Part shown: positions 1 through 15,973 of the stretch, in pieces
How positions within the stretch are numbered: position 1 is the stretch's first letter
How the letters are laid out: every line of letters starts with the position of its first letter
From: the human T2T-CHM13v2.0 reference genome, Homo sapiens
Direction: 5' to 3' (one strand)
DNA length: 64,000 bases
NCBI RefSeq assembly: GCF_009914755.1
Contig: NC_060925.1
Made by a program: the position numbers and the translations under genes
Notes under the pieces: generated by a model
Databases searched by the model: none
What the model was told of the DNA's origin: nothing
Seen by the model: the letters and a program-made list of their open reading frames with translations, nothing else

Positions 1-2940
<2,940 letters not shown>

Positions 2941-3039
2941 AATTTTGACCTCGAACTCCTGGGCTCAAGTGATCCTCTCGAGTAGCTGGGATTATAGGTG
3001 CAAGCCACCATGCCCAGCCCTGATTATCTACTGTTTACT

Positions 3040-3800
3040 TATTGATATGTGCAACAACATGGATGTATCTCAAAAATATTACGTTGAGCAAAAGAAGCCA
3101 GACACCAAAAAGAACATTACATGACTTTATTTATAGGAGGTTTAATTACACACAAAACTGATCTACGTTGATAGAAATCAAAACAGTGGTTGCCTACAGA
3201 GGGTGGGGTTTGGCTGCAAGGGAGATTATCTGGGGTGCTGGAAATATCTATATCTTGATCGTGGTATTGGTGACATGGTATAACGTGGTATAAACACGTG
3301 TGAAAACTCCTCAAACTGTATACTTATAATCTGTGTATTTTTACTACATGTACATTTTCACTGAATACAAACATTTTTATAAAAAAAGTAACATAAGTTT
3401 GCACCCATCCAAAAATGACCTGCTGTGGCAAGGATGTAGGCAAATGAGCATTCACATATCTTCCTGCAGGAAATGAAAACAGTATTAGTCTTTTAAACAA
3501 GCGATCTTTCATCTATATCTATTTAAAAAATAATAATTATGTCATCTAGTCTAGCAATCTCCTAAAAATCTACTCACTCCTAGAAATCTACTTCATAGAG
3601 GTGAAACCACTAGACTGCAAGGTCATTTAAACAATAATGTTTACTGAGACAGTGTTAGTAACAGCAAAAGAAGTGGGGACCAATGAATGTCCATCGGTTG
3701 AGGACAGCTGAATAAATTATGGTACATCTGCCTCCATGGACCGGAATACACTCATTTAAATGATGAAATGGAGTTATACTGGTTTGAGTGAGAAAAAGAT
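3040..3800 (+). mobile_element. L1M 3'-end fragments
   Basis: caacaacatggatgtatctcaaaaatattacgttgagcaaaagaagccagacacc, typical of L1MB/ME 3' ends. Confidence 0.65.
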
Positions 3801-3803
3801 ATA

Positions 3804-4253
3804 CAGTTGACACTAGAGCAACACAGGTTTGAACTGTGTGGGTCCACTTACATGTTTTATTTTTTTCAATAGAAGTTACACCAAGGAAGTGCCTTCCTCT
3901 CCTGCCTCCCCTTCCACCTCCTCCACCTTCTCCACCTCTGCTACCTCTGAGACAGCAAGGCCAACCCCTCATCTTCGTCTCCTCCTCAGCCTACTTATGA
4001 AGACAATGAGGGATGAAGACCTTTATGATGGTTGACTTCTACTTAATGAATAGAATAGTAAATATATTTATCTTCATTATGACTTTCTTAATAACATTTT
4101 CTTTTCTTTATTTCTTTATTGTAAGAATACATATATAATCCATATAACATACAAAATATCTTTTTCTTTTTTCTAGTGGTGGTGATATACATGGATTTTT
4201 GACTGTGCAGAGGGTCGGCGTCCCTAGATCCTGAGTTGTTCAAGGGTCAATTG
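3804..4253 (+). mobile_element. Tigger2a/MER8-type (TcMar-Tigger) non-autonomous DNA transposon
   Basis: Terminal inverted repeats cagttgacactagagcaac ... gttgttcaagggtcaattg, TA on both sides, internal cctctgctacctctgagacagcaagg motif. Confidence 0.85.
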
Positions 4254-4559
4254 TACATAATAATTTAACTTTTGCAAAACAAAGATAAAAGAATGCCACA
4301 TATGTGTATGCACATAAATCTTATGTCTGCCTATTTAGAATTCTGTGGTCGGAAACATATGGCGTTCCTGACATAAATTACCTTAAGGAGGAGCAGTTGC
4401 TGATGTAGTGGAGCGGGAGAAAGAGGAAGAAAGAGAAAGAACAATGCAGAAAGGCTTCACTGAAAGAAAAGCATGCTTTTGATATTACATTTCTGTACGT
4501 CTGCAAAACAAATTTATGTTGTTATGTTTGTAAAGACATCTATTAATTATGTTTATTAA

Positions 4560-4800
4560 TGTATTTTGTAAGCATGTTTATTACTAGATACCAAGCAGTA
4601 TTCTACGTGGTTTCAAATAGCAATTAATTTAATCATTCCAACAGCCCTCTGAGGCAGGTTTGGTTAGTGTCTGTATTTCCAAGATAAGGAAACTGAGGCA
4701 CAGAAGAGGTTGTCACAGTTACAGAGTTGGTAAGCAGCAAGTCAGGGATTTGAGTGCAGGCATTATCGGTCCAGAGTCTATCTTCTTAACTACTGCATTA
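4560..4800 (-). mobile_element. MIR
   Basis: gataaggaaactgaggcacag core. Confidence 0.7.
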
Positions 4801-4869
4801 TGCCCCTTCTCTTTTTAATAAAAAGTAAACCAGCCATCTCCACTCTCCACTGCTTTACTCTATCCCGTA

Positions 4870-5680
4870 GCTTGCCATTGCACTTGGAAGCCAGTTCTAA
4901 CTCCTCTGGTGGACTTTAAGGCCCCGTGACATCCAGCCTCTGCCAAGCTCTCTAGACACCCAGCCTCACTGACCTCTGTCTCTTCTTTGATTTGCCTGTT
5001 CTGCATCTTGTTCCCTTGCCTTTTTCTCAGGTCACCTTATAACTGGCTCTGTCACATCCTTCAGATCTCAGTGTAATGTCCCTTCCTTGAGGGGGCTTCC
5101 CTAACCACCTATCTAAGTAAGTCTCCTTACACCTCTCCTTTCTTTCTCTTTTTTTCTTTTTCTTTTGAGACGGAGTCTTGCTCTGTCACCCAGGCTGGAG
5201 TGCAGTGGCACGATCTCGGCTCACTGCAACCTCCACCTCCTGGGCTTAAGTGATCCTTGAGCCTTAGCCGCCTGAGTAGCAGGGATGACAGGCATGCAAC
5301 GCCACGCCCAGCTATTTTTTTATTTTTTGTAGAGACAGGGTTTCGCTATGTTGCTTAGGCTGGTCTCAAACTCTTGAACTCAAGTGACCTGCCCACCTCA
5401 GCCTCCCAAAGTGTTGGGATTACAGGCATGAGCCACCACACCCGGCCTCCCCTATACCTATCATAACAAACTCTTCGTCTTCTTCATACTACTGAATGCA
5501 GCCTGTACTTATTTGTGTTATTTGCTTACTGTGTATCTATCTCCTCTGTGCAGTATAAGCCCCAGGGGGCAGGGTCTTTTTAAGTCTTGGCCTCCATTGT
5601 ATCCCCAGCACTTGCCACAGGGCTTGGTTAATAGCGGGTACAGAAGAAATTTTTTTAAAATAAATAAATACATGAATGAA
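4870..5680 (+). mobile_element. L2 3' fragments, interrupted by an Alu
   Basis: ccttcagatctcagtgtaatgtcccttcc; tgtatccccagcacttgccacagggcttgg L2 tail motif. Confidence 0.6.
5150..5447 (-). mobile_element. Alu, full length
   Basis: T-tract then gagacggagtcttgctctgtcacccaggctggagtgcagtgg ... cccggcc. Confidence 0.95.
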
Positions 5681-5699
5681 AGGCAATACTGAAAGGTGA

Positions 5700-5910
5700 G
5701 GAAGGGTTTGGTTCTGAAATCAGACAGACCAGAGTTTGACTCAATCCTCTAAGATTGGCAGACTTGTGAAACCTCTTGAAACATGTATTGTCATCTGTGA
5801 AAGGGAGATAATAATAGTATGTACCCCATAGAGTTGTTGCGAGGATTAAATGAGATAAATTATCTACCATGCACATCGTAACCCCTAATGCATCATAGCT
5901 GCTATTATTA
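5700..5910 (+). mobile_element. MIR
   Basis: tcatctgtgaaagggagataataatagta...gttgcgaggattaaatgagataa. Confidence 0.75.
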
Positions 5911-7012
5911 CAGCCATCAGTATCATCATGCTGAGGCTGCTTCACAGGCCATTGTCCAGCCCGTGGGGTGACAGAGCTTGGATCAGATCCTATCACTTTT
6001 CCAATCAGCTTAGGCTTGGCAGGTAGGATTTGGGGAATAACTTCTAGCTAAGCCTGTGTGTGGAGCAGGCACATGATTGTCATGCCCGTAATAGTGTTGA
6101 AAACCAGGAACATTTTCTAGAGAGCCACTTTCTCCTCCTCCCTTGTTTTTCCTAGCCTTCTTTCAGTTCCCTTCCCTTTCTTGGTATTGCTTTTAATACA
6201 GCCTGAATTAAGCCAGTCCTCTGCTTAGCTCCCTTTCTGCCATTGGAAAGCATCTTTGGGAGTGTAAGGGATTCTGTTCCTTCAGTTGATAGAGCATGCT
6301 TCACAGAGACAGGTATTTGAGGTTGTGTTAAGTTAGGTTAACCAGACTTTGAAGGAAACACACAGTAGCTTAATCATAGCACAGAGATGATAACCTCATG
6401 GTTTTCTCTTCTTCCTGGGTCTCAGGAAGCGACGGCTACTCCACCCTTCCCAGTGGTTGCTGGCAGAAAACATTGATGTCGATTAGTATATAGGGTATAT
6501 ACAGAGAGTGATGGAAAAGAAAATGCAAATAGGAGCTAAGATATTTTCACAGTGGAAAACAATTGGAAACTGGAAAATAAGAGAGGATGGCCTCAGGAGG
6601 TCTTGAATGCCTTATGTTTACTCAAGGTGAGGGGCAGAAGCTATTGGTTCTCTCGAGATTAGCCAGAGAAGACTTCCTGGAAAAGTACCGAATTATCCAG
6701 TTGGCCATGGGTGCCAACTCCTAAAGACTTCCTGCCTCCTGCTTTTTTGAACTTATTTTGTAGTTGTCTGAGCATATTGTCTTGTATATGTGATGCTGTC
6801 CTCTTTTCCAGGAATGACTTTTCTATTCTGTATTCCCTTAACTGCCTTAGGAACTCCTGTAACTTTTCTGCGACTAGCCTCAGTACCTAGCACAGTGCCT
6901 GACACATTATAGTCATTTCCTAAATGTTTGCTGAATGAATGATGGATATCCGGAAAGAAAAAAAAGTTAAATGTTGGGTGCATACAAATCTCTGGAATTA
7001 ACTATCCCGAAA

Positions 7013-7301
7013 GATGTGGGTGTGTTGGCTCACACCTGTAATCCCAGTGCTTTAGGAAGCTGTGGTGGGAGGATTGCTTGAGGCCAGGACTTCCAGACCA
7101 GCTTGGGCAACAGCTAGACCTTGTCTTTACAAACTATAAAACAATTAGCTGGGCTTGGTGGCATGCACCTGTAATCCCAGATACTCGGGGGGCTGAAAGA
7201 GGAAGGATTACTTGAGCCCAAGAGTTTGAGGCTGCAATGAACTATGATTGTGCTACTGCACTCTAGCCTGTGCAACAGAGAAGACTCTATCTCTTAAAAA
7301 A
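7013..7301 (+). mobile_element. AluJ-like
   Basis: ggctcacacctgtaatcccag ... gcttgaggccagg, old-subfamily diagnostics. Confidence 0.9.
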
Positions 7302-8059
7302 ATTATCCCAGAAGATTATATAAGTTAACTAAGGAAATATGTCAAAAGAAAGGCTAGACATAGTCTTGGGGGATAGTGGCATCCTGGGTGACAGAGGAGA
7401 GCTTGAGTTGGCAGGGGTTTGAGGGGATAGGAAACTGGAGGTTGTGTCCTGCACAGAGAGTCTGGTAGAGGGAAAGTAAACAAGCTCTGATATCCAGAAC
7501 TCCTTTTACTAGCTTAAGCTAAGTAAAGGTTAAGCTTAGGTTAAGCTGTACTCATCATTCAGTGGTGGCTGAAAGTGGCACCTGAAGAAGCTCTTGGGCT
7601 TGCCTCAGAGGGACATCTTTAAAAGGAGCACCAATTGTTATCTTTTCTGAGATGGTTTCAGTGAAGTCAAGGTTGAATGGAAGGACGTATACTGACCACT
7701 AAATCTCTTACAACTCTTTGTTTTTATCTGATGGTAGGATTTAAAATTTACATGTACTGAATATTCATATATGCAGTCAGTCTTAGATTATCCCAGGGCA
7801 GAGTGCATATATTGATTGGGTTAGTGGCCCATCACAATCATTTTTGATTTCAAGCTCTTGCTAAGATAATTACAGACTCTGTAATTAATCCCTTTGTTGA
7901 AATTATTACTGTCAGTGATTATTCTGACATGGAGTTAATGCAAGGATGCTTTTCTCTTGCAAAGCAGTGTTTCCCTTCTCCTTTCCACTGATTGGCATTT
8001 CAAGAAGAAAGAAGGCAAGCAACACCTTTATGTATTAGTCTGAAGAGACTGCTGTTTAG

Positions 8060-8500
8060 GAGAAGCACATGGCACAGTGGAAAGGAGACAGACTAGGTGT
8101 CTGTCATTCATTTAACAGTTATTGAGCTCAATAACTCAATAACTGTTAAATAATATTAGCAATAATAACTATTGAGTTCAATAACTCAATAAGTGTAATA
8201 AGTACAGGCTAGGTGCCTTAGGTTCAAATCCTAGCTCAGTCATTTACTAGCTATGTGACCTAGGGTGACTGACCATCCCAGTTTGCCCAGGACTGTCCTG
8301 GTTTTAGCACTGAAAGTCCTGCAGTCTGGGAACTCCCTCAATCCTGGACAAACTGGGACAGTTGATCGCCCCAGTTAGTCACTTGCACTTATCTATAAAA
8401 TACGGAAATTTCTTATTTTTTGTATCGTGAGTTTGGTGTGAGGGTCAAATGAGATAATGTGAAAGAATTTTGTAAATTATAAACTGCTATATAGACATAA
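8060..8500 (+). mobile_element. MIR interrupted by a palindromic insert (8101-8200) and by MER81
   Basis: gcacatggcacagtggaaagg ... ggttcaaatcctagctcagtcatttactagctatgtgacc ... gtgagggtcaaatgagataatg. Confidence 0.7.
8261..8373. mobile_element. MER81 (hAT-Blackjack MITE)
   Basis: tagggtgac...cccagtttgcccaggactgtcctggttttagcactgaaagtcc...aaactgggacagttgatcgccc; ~113 bp with inverted termini. Confidence 0.8.
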
Positions 8501-11500
8501 AATACATTCCGCTTGTCTTGTTTTCTTGTCTCAGGTACATGTAGCAAAAAGCTTGGCTATAGAACTGAATTTGACACTAGGGCTAAGGCAGGCACTGAGG
8601 GATGGGGGACCCCTGGACTCCTCAGGCTCTGGGAAAGTTTCCATCTGACTGCAAAGTTTGGGGCCTGAGGGGACAGCATATTGCATCAGAATCCAGCAGG
8701 CAAATTGTAAAGAGATCCATACAAGCTGGCAGTGGGCTTCTGGTATGTTCTCAAAGCACAGTTGTCTGCAAGTAGGCACCAGGGCAATAGCCATAGGCCT
8801 GACAGCTTAGGAATCTCTTTGGGAGGGGATTGGCAAGAGCAGCCCAGGTGTTCTAGCAGAGGGACCTGGAGTATTGGGACAATACCTGTAACAGCATGAA
8901 CAGGACCAAAACAGGCACCAAGGCAGAGCCCTGTTACCAGACCAAGACCCAAGGCTGAGGATGGATCCTTAGTCAAGATGACTCAAAGCTGGGCCCCAGA
9001 ATGTGAGGCTGAGGATGGAGGTAGGAAGAAGTGTCTGTGAGAGGAAGATGGGGTAAGAAAAGTAGATTTTACAACTCGGCTGCAGACAGACCTTAGCTGC
9101 ACGGTTTTACTATCTTTTTACAGTTTGATATTCCAGAAGAGCTGATTACACACTCCCAACTCTGTGTTTGTATCACTTTTTAAAAACTGTCTTCTCATTA
9201 CTTTTCTGTTTATTTTAAAAATGATATTCAGCACATTTTTTTTCAAAGAATTCACACCATGTGCCACATCTGGGGAACAGTGAACAAACACCTCCCATGT
9301 GCTAGGTCATGAGCTCACATCGCTGTGAGGCAGGTATTATTTCTCCCATTTTATACGCAGGGAAATAAGGTTCAGAGAAGTCAGCTAACTAACATAAGTT
9401 TACCCAGTAAGTCATGAAGTTAGGATTTGAACTCAGTTCTGACTTATGCAAAAACCTACGGTCATTCCATTCAGGGATCCAGCTTCTCAGTTGGAGTCCT
9501 CAAAGAATGAGTGAGATAATGCATCACTCATTCAGGTTATCACCCTGTCCACAGTTGGGTTACTTGTTTTTCTTATAAGCATGTATTGTCTCCCTCATTT
9601 ACCGAACCCACCATGATTATAAACTTCTCATTTGGATCCAAATCATCATCAATCCAGAAAGTCCTTGGAGTCAGTGCCACTTACAGTGCTGGTCTGCAGA
9701 CTGTTACCGTTTCACAAAGATAAGGGACTTGGGCCAGAATGTAAATCAAATACTTCACTAAGCACACTGTGTAGTATGACTGACTTATTTTCCCCCCTAA
9801 AGCAAGACTTTTTATGATGAAGCAATAAGTGCCTGCCTTGACTTTACATTCTGGCACAAGTTCTTTATCTCATAACAGATCAGGAAAAACAGTTGGAGGA
9901 CAGACATTGGTCCAGAAGTTGGCATTTGCCCAAGGACAACACTTTTGAGTAACGCTGCTGAAGTTAACATCCCCTCTCCTTCTTACCCCTTGCTGTCATC
10001 AACTGTGGATAATTGTACCAGCCTCTCAGATGGTCTCTCTGCTTCCAGTATTTCTCCTCTAATGTATTCTCCGCTCTGTTGCCAGAGAAATCTTTCTTAA
10101 ATGCAAACTTGTTTGTGACACTTGTGTACTTAAAACCCTTCAATGGCCCCCACTTTCTCCTAGATAAAGTCCAAACTCCTTCACAGGGGGCCTGGCTTTG
10201 CTGATCCTCGCCAGCTTTATTTCCTTCTAGGTTCCAGTTTTGCTGAGTCCCGAGTAGTTGCATACGTGAGCCACGTTCTCACATCACGACTTTGTATGTG
10301 CTGTTCTGCAGTCCCTGTTGCTCTCTGGCCCTCTTCTCTCCCTCCTCGCCCCGTCTCACACACAGGCATTCTCTTGGCCTGGCTAATCTCTACTGATCCT
10401 TTAAACAAGAACTTCCAAGGGATATGAGAATAGAGGTGGGATTTGTAAGATTTTATTGTTTCAGATTTAGAAGTTGGATAGGTGGAGAGGAGCAGGGAAG
10501 ACCATGCAGTAGGGATTAGGGAGCAGAATTATGGAGATCATTTAGAAGGCTGTTGCCAGACCTGTGGTGAAAATTGCCTGGGAGTGAGGCAAGGAAAATA
10601 AGGGATGTGGTGTGGAGAAAAGCTTCCCCCTAAAGCAGTATTGGTGGCCCCTGGCAATCAATCACAGGTGGAGTGATTGATTCTGAGCAAAGAGGTAATG
10701 CAACATGGTAAACAGAGACAGTTCCTACAGACAGACTTTTCTGGGGTGCTTTGGCAGTGGCCAAAGGCCTTGGAAGACTTGGAAGAAGGACTTCCCACTT
10801 TGGCTGCTGAAGTACTCCTGTCTCTGAAGGGCTTGAAAGCACTACTATTAAGCAAGGAATGGCTACTGCTAGCCTGGGAAAATGGTGGTGGGCTTGGCAA
10901 GTTGCAGGAGGCAATTAAATTGTATCCATCCCCTCCTCCCACACGCTCTGAGTTTGGAGGCTGTGGACCGCAAGGATGTCAGCTCTAAAAACATTTGACA
11001 GCCCTGGGGAGAGTCTCTGGTTCTTCCTTATCCATGACAGGCAAGGCAGACCACAGGTCACAGTTTCTCCCTGGCCTCTGTTAGCCTCTGATAAGCAAAA
11101 CCTTCGGTGGGGAGAAATTGTTCTACTTTTTTACTTACTCAGATATAGTGAAATGTGTGCTTTTTCCCACTTCTGGGAAGCTAAGATTTATTAGAATCTG
11201 CAGATTGCTTCCTTCAAGTAAACATTATATAAAAGGGTCCTAGTTTCCTAGTGGGAGTTTAGTTTGTAGGCTAGTTCTACAAAGAGATAAATAGGGGTTT
11301 GTCCATTGTGTGCTCTCCAAATGCTCTATAAAGATTAACTCATTAATCCTCAGCCTCCTTGTGAGGATTGTTATCCTTCTTTTTCAGCCGTGGAATTGGG
11401 ACGAAGTGCTGCACGGAGGGGCCTTGCCCAAGGCTACGCAGCTGGTAGACGGGGAAATGAGGCGGTTGCCGGCCGCCTCGCAGGCAGCTTTCCCTGTGAG

Positions 11501-11889
11501 GAAGGAGGTGCCTCGGGCCTCTGAAGAGGTAGCTGGGATAGCCTGAAATGAGCTGCTGAAAGCCCACGCTTCAGAAAGACAAAAAGCAAGCAAAACACAC
11601 TGATGTGGTTGACACTCGCTGAGGATGTGCGATAACACAGACAGTGCCCGGGTTGAAGTGGGCCTTCCAGAGTTCCGTGGCAGCCGTGAAAGGAAAGTTA
11701 AATGAATAATGGCAATAACATTGTAAAGGAATGCTTCAGTACCTGAAATGTAAAGTGCATGAATGCTTACCAAAATTTGTCGTATTGTTATACTATTGCC
11801 TTATGTTTGTACGGTGCTTTCCAGTTCTGAAAGTGCTTTCACATGTTAAATGATTTGCTCACAATAGTTTTTCAAAGCAAATAGGTAGA

Positions 11890-12290
11890 TATGGGTGGAA
11901 TGACGTCTCCCCCTTCCCAAATTCATGTGTTGAAACTCTAAGCCCCAGTACTTCAGAATGTGACTGTATTGGGACACAGGGCCTTTAAAGACTTGAACAA
12001 GCTAAAATAAGGCCCTTAGCGTGGCCCTAATTCAATCTGACCAGTCCTTAGCAGAAGAGGAAATGAGAACACACAGATAGACAGCAGAGGTGCCAACATA
12101 ACAGAGGAAAGGCCACGTGAAGACACAGCAAGGAGGTGGCCGTCTCCAAGCCAAGGAGAGAGGAGAAACCAAACCCGCTGACACCTTGATCTTGGACTTC
12201 CAGCTTCCAGAGCTGCAAGAAATAAATTTCTGTTGTTTAAACCACTCAATCTGTCATCTTTTGTTATGGCAGCCCTAGCAAACTAATATA
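11890..12290 (+). mobile_element. MLT1B-like MaLR solo LTR
   Basis: cccaaattcatgtgttgaa...cagaatgtgactgtatt...aataaatttctgttgtttaa...gcagccctagcaaactaata; 5-bp TSD gtaga (11885-11889 / 12291-12295). Confidence 0.85.
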
Positions 12291-12489
12291 GTAGACCATT
12301 TTGGAACACCTTTAAACATGTTAGAAATACTCATTTCTAACTAGAAAATATTAGTCACATAACAATTAGTTACATAACTTCCATACTGTCTCAGTAATAA
12401 TAATATTAAAGATGACTCACACCTACTGAGCCTTCACCGTGTGCCAGACACCATGTAAATGTCCTACTTCATTTAATCCTCATAAAATG

Positions 12490-13250
12490 CCTCCAAATAA
12501 ACAAATAGGGAAGAAGAAATAGCTCTTCCTTACAGTAGAATTTCAGTTGATACATGTAGAAGGAATCAGAAAAATAGAAGATTAATATTTGGCAAATGCC
12601 ATAGTAGTAATTGCTGTAGGCAAGCCCCATGGATGGATACTATAATTAGTTGGTGAAAGTATGAGAAATAGAATATTTGTATAGTCTCAAAGTATCTCCC
12701 TAAAAGATATTTACTAATTACAAAGGGAAAAAATAGTAAGCTTAACAGTGGAGAAACCCAACATACATCACTTTAACCAAGTGGTCAAGAATAACCTCAT
12801 CAATAATAGGACATACCAAGATCATGTACCTCCAGATATGATGCACTGAGAAGGGCACAATATCCTATTTGTGCCATTCTTGCCAAAAATGCATAACTTC
12901 AATCTATTCATGAGAAAACCTGGGGGACATTTTGAAAATAACTGTCCTGGATTTTCCAAAACTATCACTGATTGAAGAAGATGAAGAAGATATAATAGCT
13001 AAATGCAATATGAGATCCTGGATTGGATCAAAAAAAAGAAATCTGTGGGAAAACTGGTGAAATTCAAACAAGGTCTGTAGATTTGGTTAATATTGTTGTA
13101 TCAATGTCTATTTCCTGGTTTTGATAATTGCATTACATTTATGTAAGATACTAATATTTCAATAAACTGGGTGAAGTGTATATAGAAACTACAATTTTTG
13201 CAACTTTACTGTAAGTCTAAAGTTATTTCAAAGTAGAATTTCTTAAAAAA
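12490..13250 (+). mobile_element. L1MC-type 3' region
   Basis: aattacaaagggaaaaaatagtaagcttaacagtggagaaacc; aaatgcaatatgagatcctggattggatc; tgcaactttactgtaagtctaaagttatttcaa. Confidence 0.75.
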
Positions 13251-13254
13251 ACTT

Positions 13255-13405
13255 CATGTTCTAATGAGTGTACAGTTTCCGTTATGCAAGATGAATAAGT
13301 TTTAGAGATCTGCTGTGCAACATTAATGTATTGTGCACTTATGAATTTGTCAAGAGGGCAGATCTCATGGTAAGTACTCTTACCACAGTAAAAAACAAAC
13401 AAATA
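13255..13405 (+). mobile_element. L1MA/MB 3'-end fragment
   Basis: gttatgcaagatgaataagttttagagatctgctgtgcaac ... agagggcagatctcatg. Confidence 0.7.
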
Positions 13406-14056
13406 AAAATCCCTTTTAACTAGGTGCTATTAATATTTTCTCAAGTAAGTTGGCTTACTCAGGGTGAGACAACTTGTTAAGGGTGGAGCAAAGCTATGTA
13501 CTCAGGCTGTCTGACTCTAGAGCTTATCCTGTACCCTATGATATATCCTCTTAGTACTTTTAGGAGACAGTGGAATTGTTAGCTTAGTTTTAATTTTTCA
13601 TAGACTTGTATTCCTTTAGTCCTATGTTATAAAAAGCTTTTTCTAAATCATCCTGCCTCCCTTTAGTCCATGTGGAGGAGATGCTGGCAGAGTTGTTGAG
13701 TCAGAAGAAATACAAGCATGAGTAGGACACTGTACTGGAAACCATTGCCCACACAAAGAAGTAGCCGACTTCTCTGCTCTCCTCAGGAACTTACAAAGAG
13801 CTGAGACAGACAAAAGACAACTAACAATACAGAGCAGAAAACAAGCACCAACAAAGTAGTAGAGGCTCTGTGTGCCATGGGATGTTAGAGGAGAGAGGCC
13901 TGGTATAAGCTTCCTGATGGAAGGAGGAGGTGACATTTGACCTGAGCCTTCAGGAATGAGAAAGATTGCCAAAAAAAAAAAAAAAAAAAAAAACAAGAAA
14001 AAGAAAAAGAAAAAAGGAAAACCATGGGGAAGAACATTGTAGATAGATAGAGAAAT

Positions 14057-14996
14057 TGCAGCCATCGGAGGTCTGTTGCCTTGCCACCTGTTGCCCCTCA
14101 TGTGCAGCAAGTCAATAGATCGAGACATGGGGTTGCAGCAGAGAATGAGGTTTAATAACAGGACCACCAAATGAGGACATTGGAAGGAACCTCAAATCCA
14201 CCTCCTAAAGGAATTTGTGGCTAGGGGTTATAGAGGTTTGGGAGTAGGCTGAAATTTGGAGATCATTGATTGATCAAAGAGTGGAGGGTGAAGTCAGGGC
14301 AAGGAGATGAAGAAGCTGTATTTTCATGCCAATTCCATTCCTCCTCAGTGGGGGTCTTCAAACTGGTTAGCATCAGCTATTTTGCTGGAATTTGGGATCT
14401 GAAAAACATCTTAAACGGTTCCTAAACAAAAGCCTTATGATTCTAATGTCAGAGATCCTGTCTACAGGAGCAGTGGAGATGCAAATCAATTCTTAAAGTC
14501 TTATGATCCTAATGCCAGAAATACTATCTAGGCTGGGCTGAGAGACTGAGGCAGGAGGATCGCCTGAACCCAGAAGTTTGAGACCAGCCTGGGCAACGTG
14601 GCAAGACCTTAATTCTACAATTAAAAAAAAAAAATTAGATGAGCATGGTGGCATGCACCTGTAGTCCCAGTTACCCTGGAGGCTAAGGTGGGAGGGATCA
14701 CTTGAGCCCAGGAGGTCAAGGCTGCAGCAAGCTGCGATTGTGTCACTGCATTCCAGCCTGGGTGACAGAGTAAGACCCTGTCTCAAAAAAATAAATTAAT
14801 AAATTAATAATAATAATAAAAAAAGAAATCCTATCTATAGGAACGATGGGGATGCCAATGATCAATATCTAGTGCTACGTTATTTTCAGCAACAAGAAAG
14901 TGGATCAAATTACAGCTTGATTAATATTTCATTACATCTATATTTCTGTTCAGAACCCAGCATGCAATTCTTGTCGACTCTGTGAGGACAGTTCCA
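14057..14996 (-). mobile_element. ERV1-class solo LTR (subfamily uncertain) containing an AluJ
   Basis: TG...CA termini with 4-bp TSD aaat (14053-14056 / 14997-15000); aacctcaaatccacctcc motif; internal ~60-bp tandem unit. Confidence 0.75.
14531..14823 (+). mobile_element. AluJ inserted in the LTR
   Basis: Alu body with TSD agaaat(a/c)ctatcta at 14517-14530 and 14824-14837. Confidence 0.9.
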
Positions 14997-15023
14997 AAAT
15001 GACTTAGGGAAAAATAAATGGAG

Positions 15024-15471
15024 GGCCGAGCATGGTGGCTCATGCCTGTAATCCCAGCACTTTGGGAGGCCGAGGTAGGTGGATGATCTGAGGTCAGGAG
15101 TTTGAGACCAGCCTGGCCAAGATGGCGAAACCCTGTCTCTACTAAAAGTACAAAAATTAGCTGGGGGTGGTGGCGGGCTTCTATAATCCCAGCTACTCAG
15201 GAGGCTGAGGCAGGAGAATTGCTTGAACCCAGGAGGCGAAGGTTGCAGTGAGCCGAGGTTGCGCTACTGCTCTCCAGCCTGGGGGACAGGAGATTCCATC
15301 TGAAAAAAAAAAAAAAAAGCATGCACATGCACCTGTAGTCGCAGCTACACAGGAGGCTGAGGGAGGAGAATCTCTAGAAACCTGGGGGCAGAGGTTGCAG
15401 TGAGCCGAGATCATGCCACTGCACTCCAGCCTGGGTGACAGAGTGAGACTCTGTCTCCAAAATAAATAAAT
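15024..15471 (+). mobile_element. AluS plus an extra right arm (three-arm composite)
   Basis: Full Alu to the poly(A) at ~15318, second right arm to ~15460; one TSD pair aaataaatggag (15012-15023 / 15472-15483). Confidence 0.9.
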
Positions 15472-15956
15472 AAATAAATGGAGGTGGAAAAGCCCAAGAG
15501 AGTTGACCAGACCAGCTAGACTGCAATGCACAGTCACTGTGTATTTCAGACAAAGATATTCTAGCAGGGATCCCAATCTCAAATGCCTTCCAGGGCCATA
15601 CACATGTGTGGGGCATGGAATAAGATATTGAAGAATGATGGGAGTTCTGGCAAATTAGAGAGGGCTTGCCAAAAAGCATTACAGATTAAAACAAAACAAC
15701 AAAACCAAATACTACCCTAGACAAACACATTGCTGACCAGATTCTGCCCAAAGGCTGTTGATTTGAGCCTACTTGTGACATAAACTAAAACATTCTTAGC
15801 TGTTACAATGGTAGCACAACTTATCAAACGAATGAATTATTTGGAGCTTTGTACTAAGGCTGTGTATTCAGATGTGTAGTCAGTTGTGTGATATTAATTC
15901 ATTGTTACACTTTCTAAGGGTTCTAGGCCAGCAGCAGTATTGTTGTTAGGACATTA

Positions 15957-15973
15957 CTGCCACCTAGTGGTCA
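15957..15973 (-). promoter_or_regulatory. CTCF-binding motif
   Basis: ctgccacctagtggtca, reverse complement tgaccactaggtggcag, matches core CCASYAGRKGGCRS; lies in unique sequence. Confidence 0.65.
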
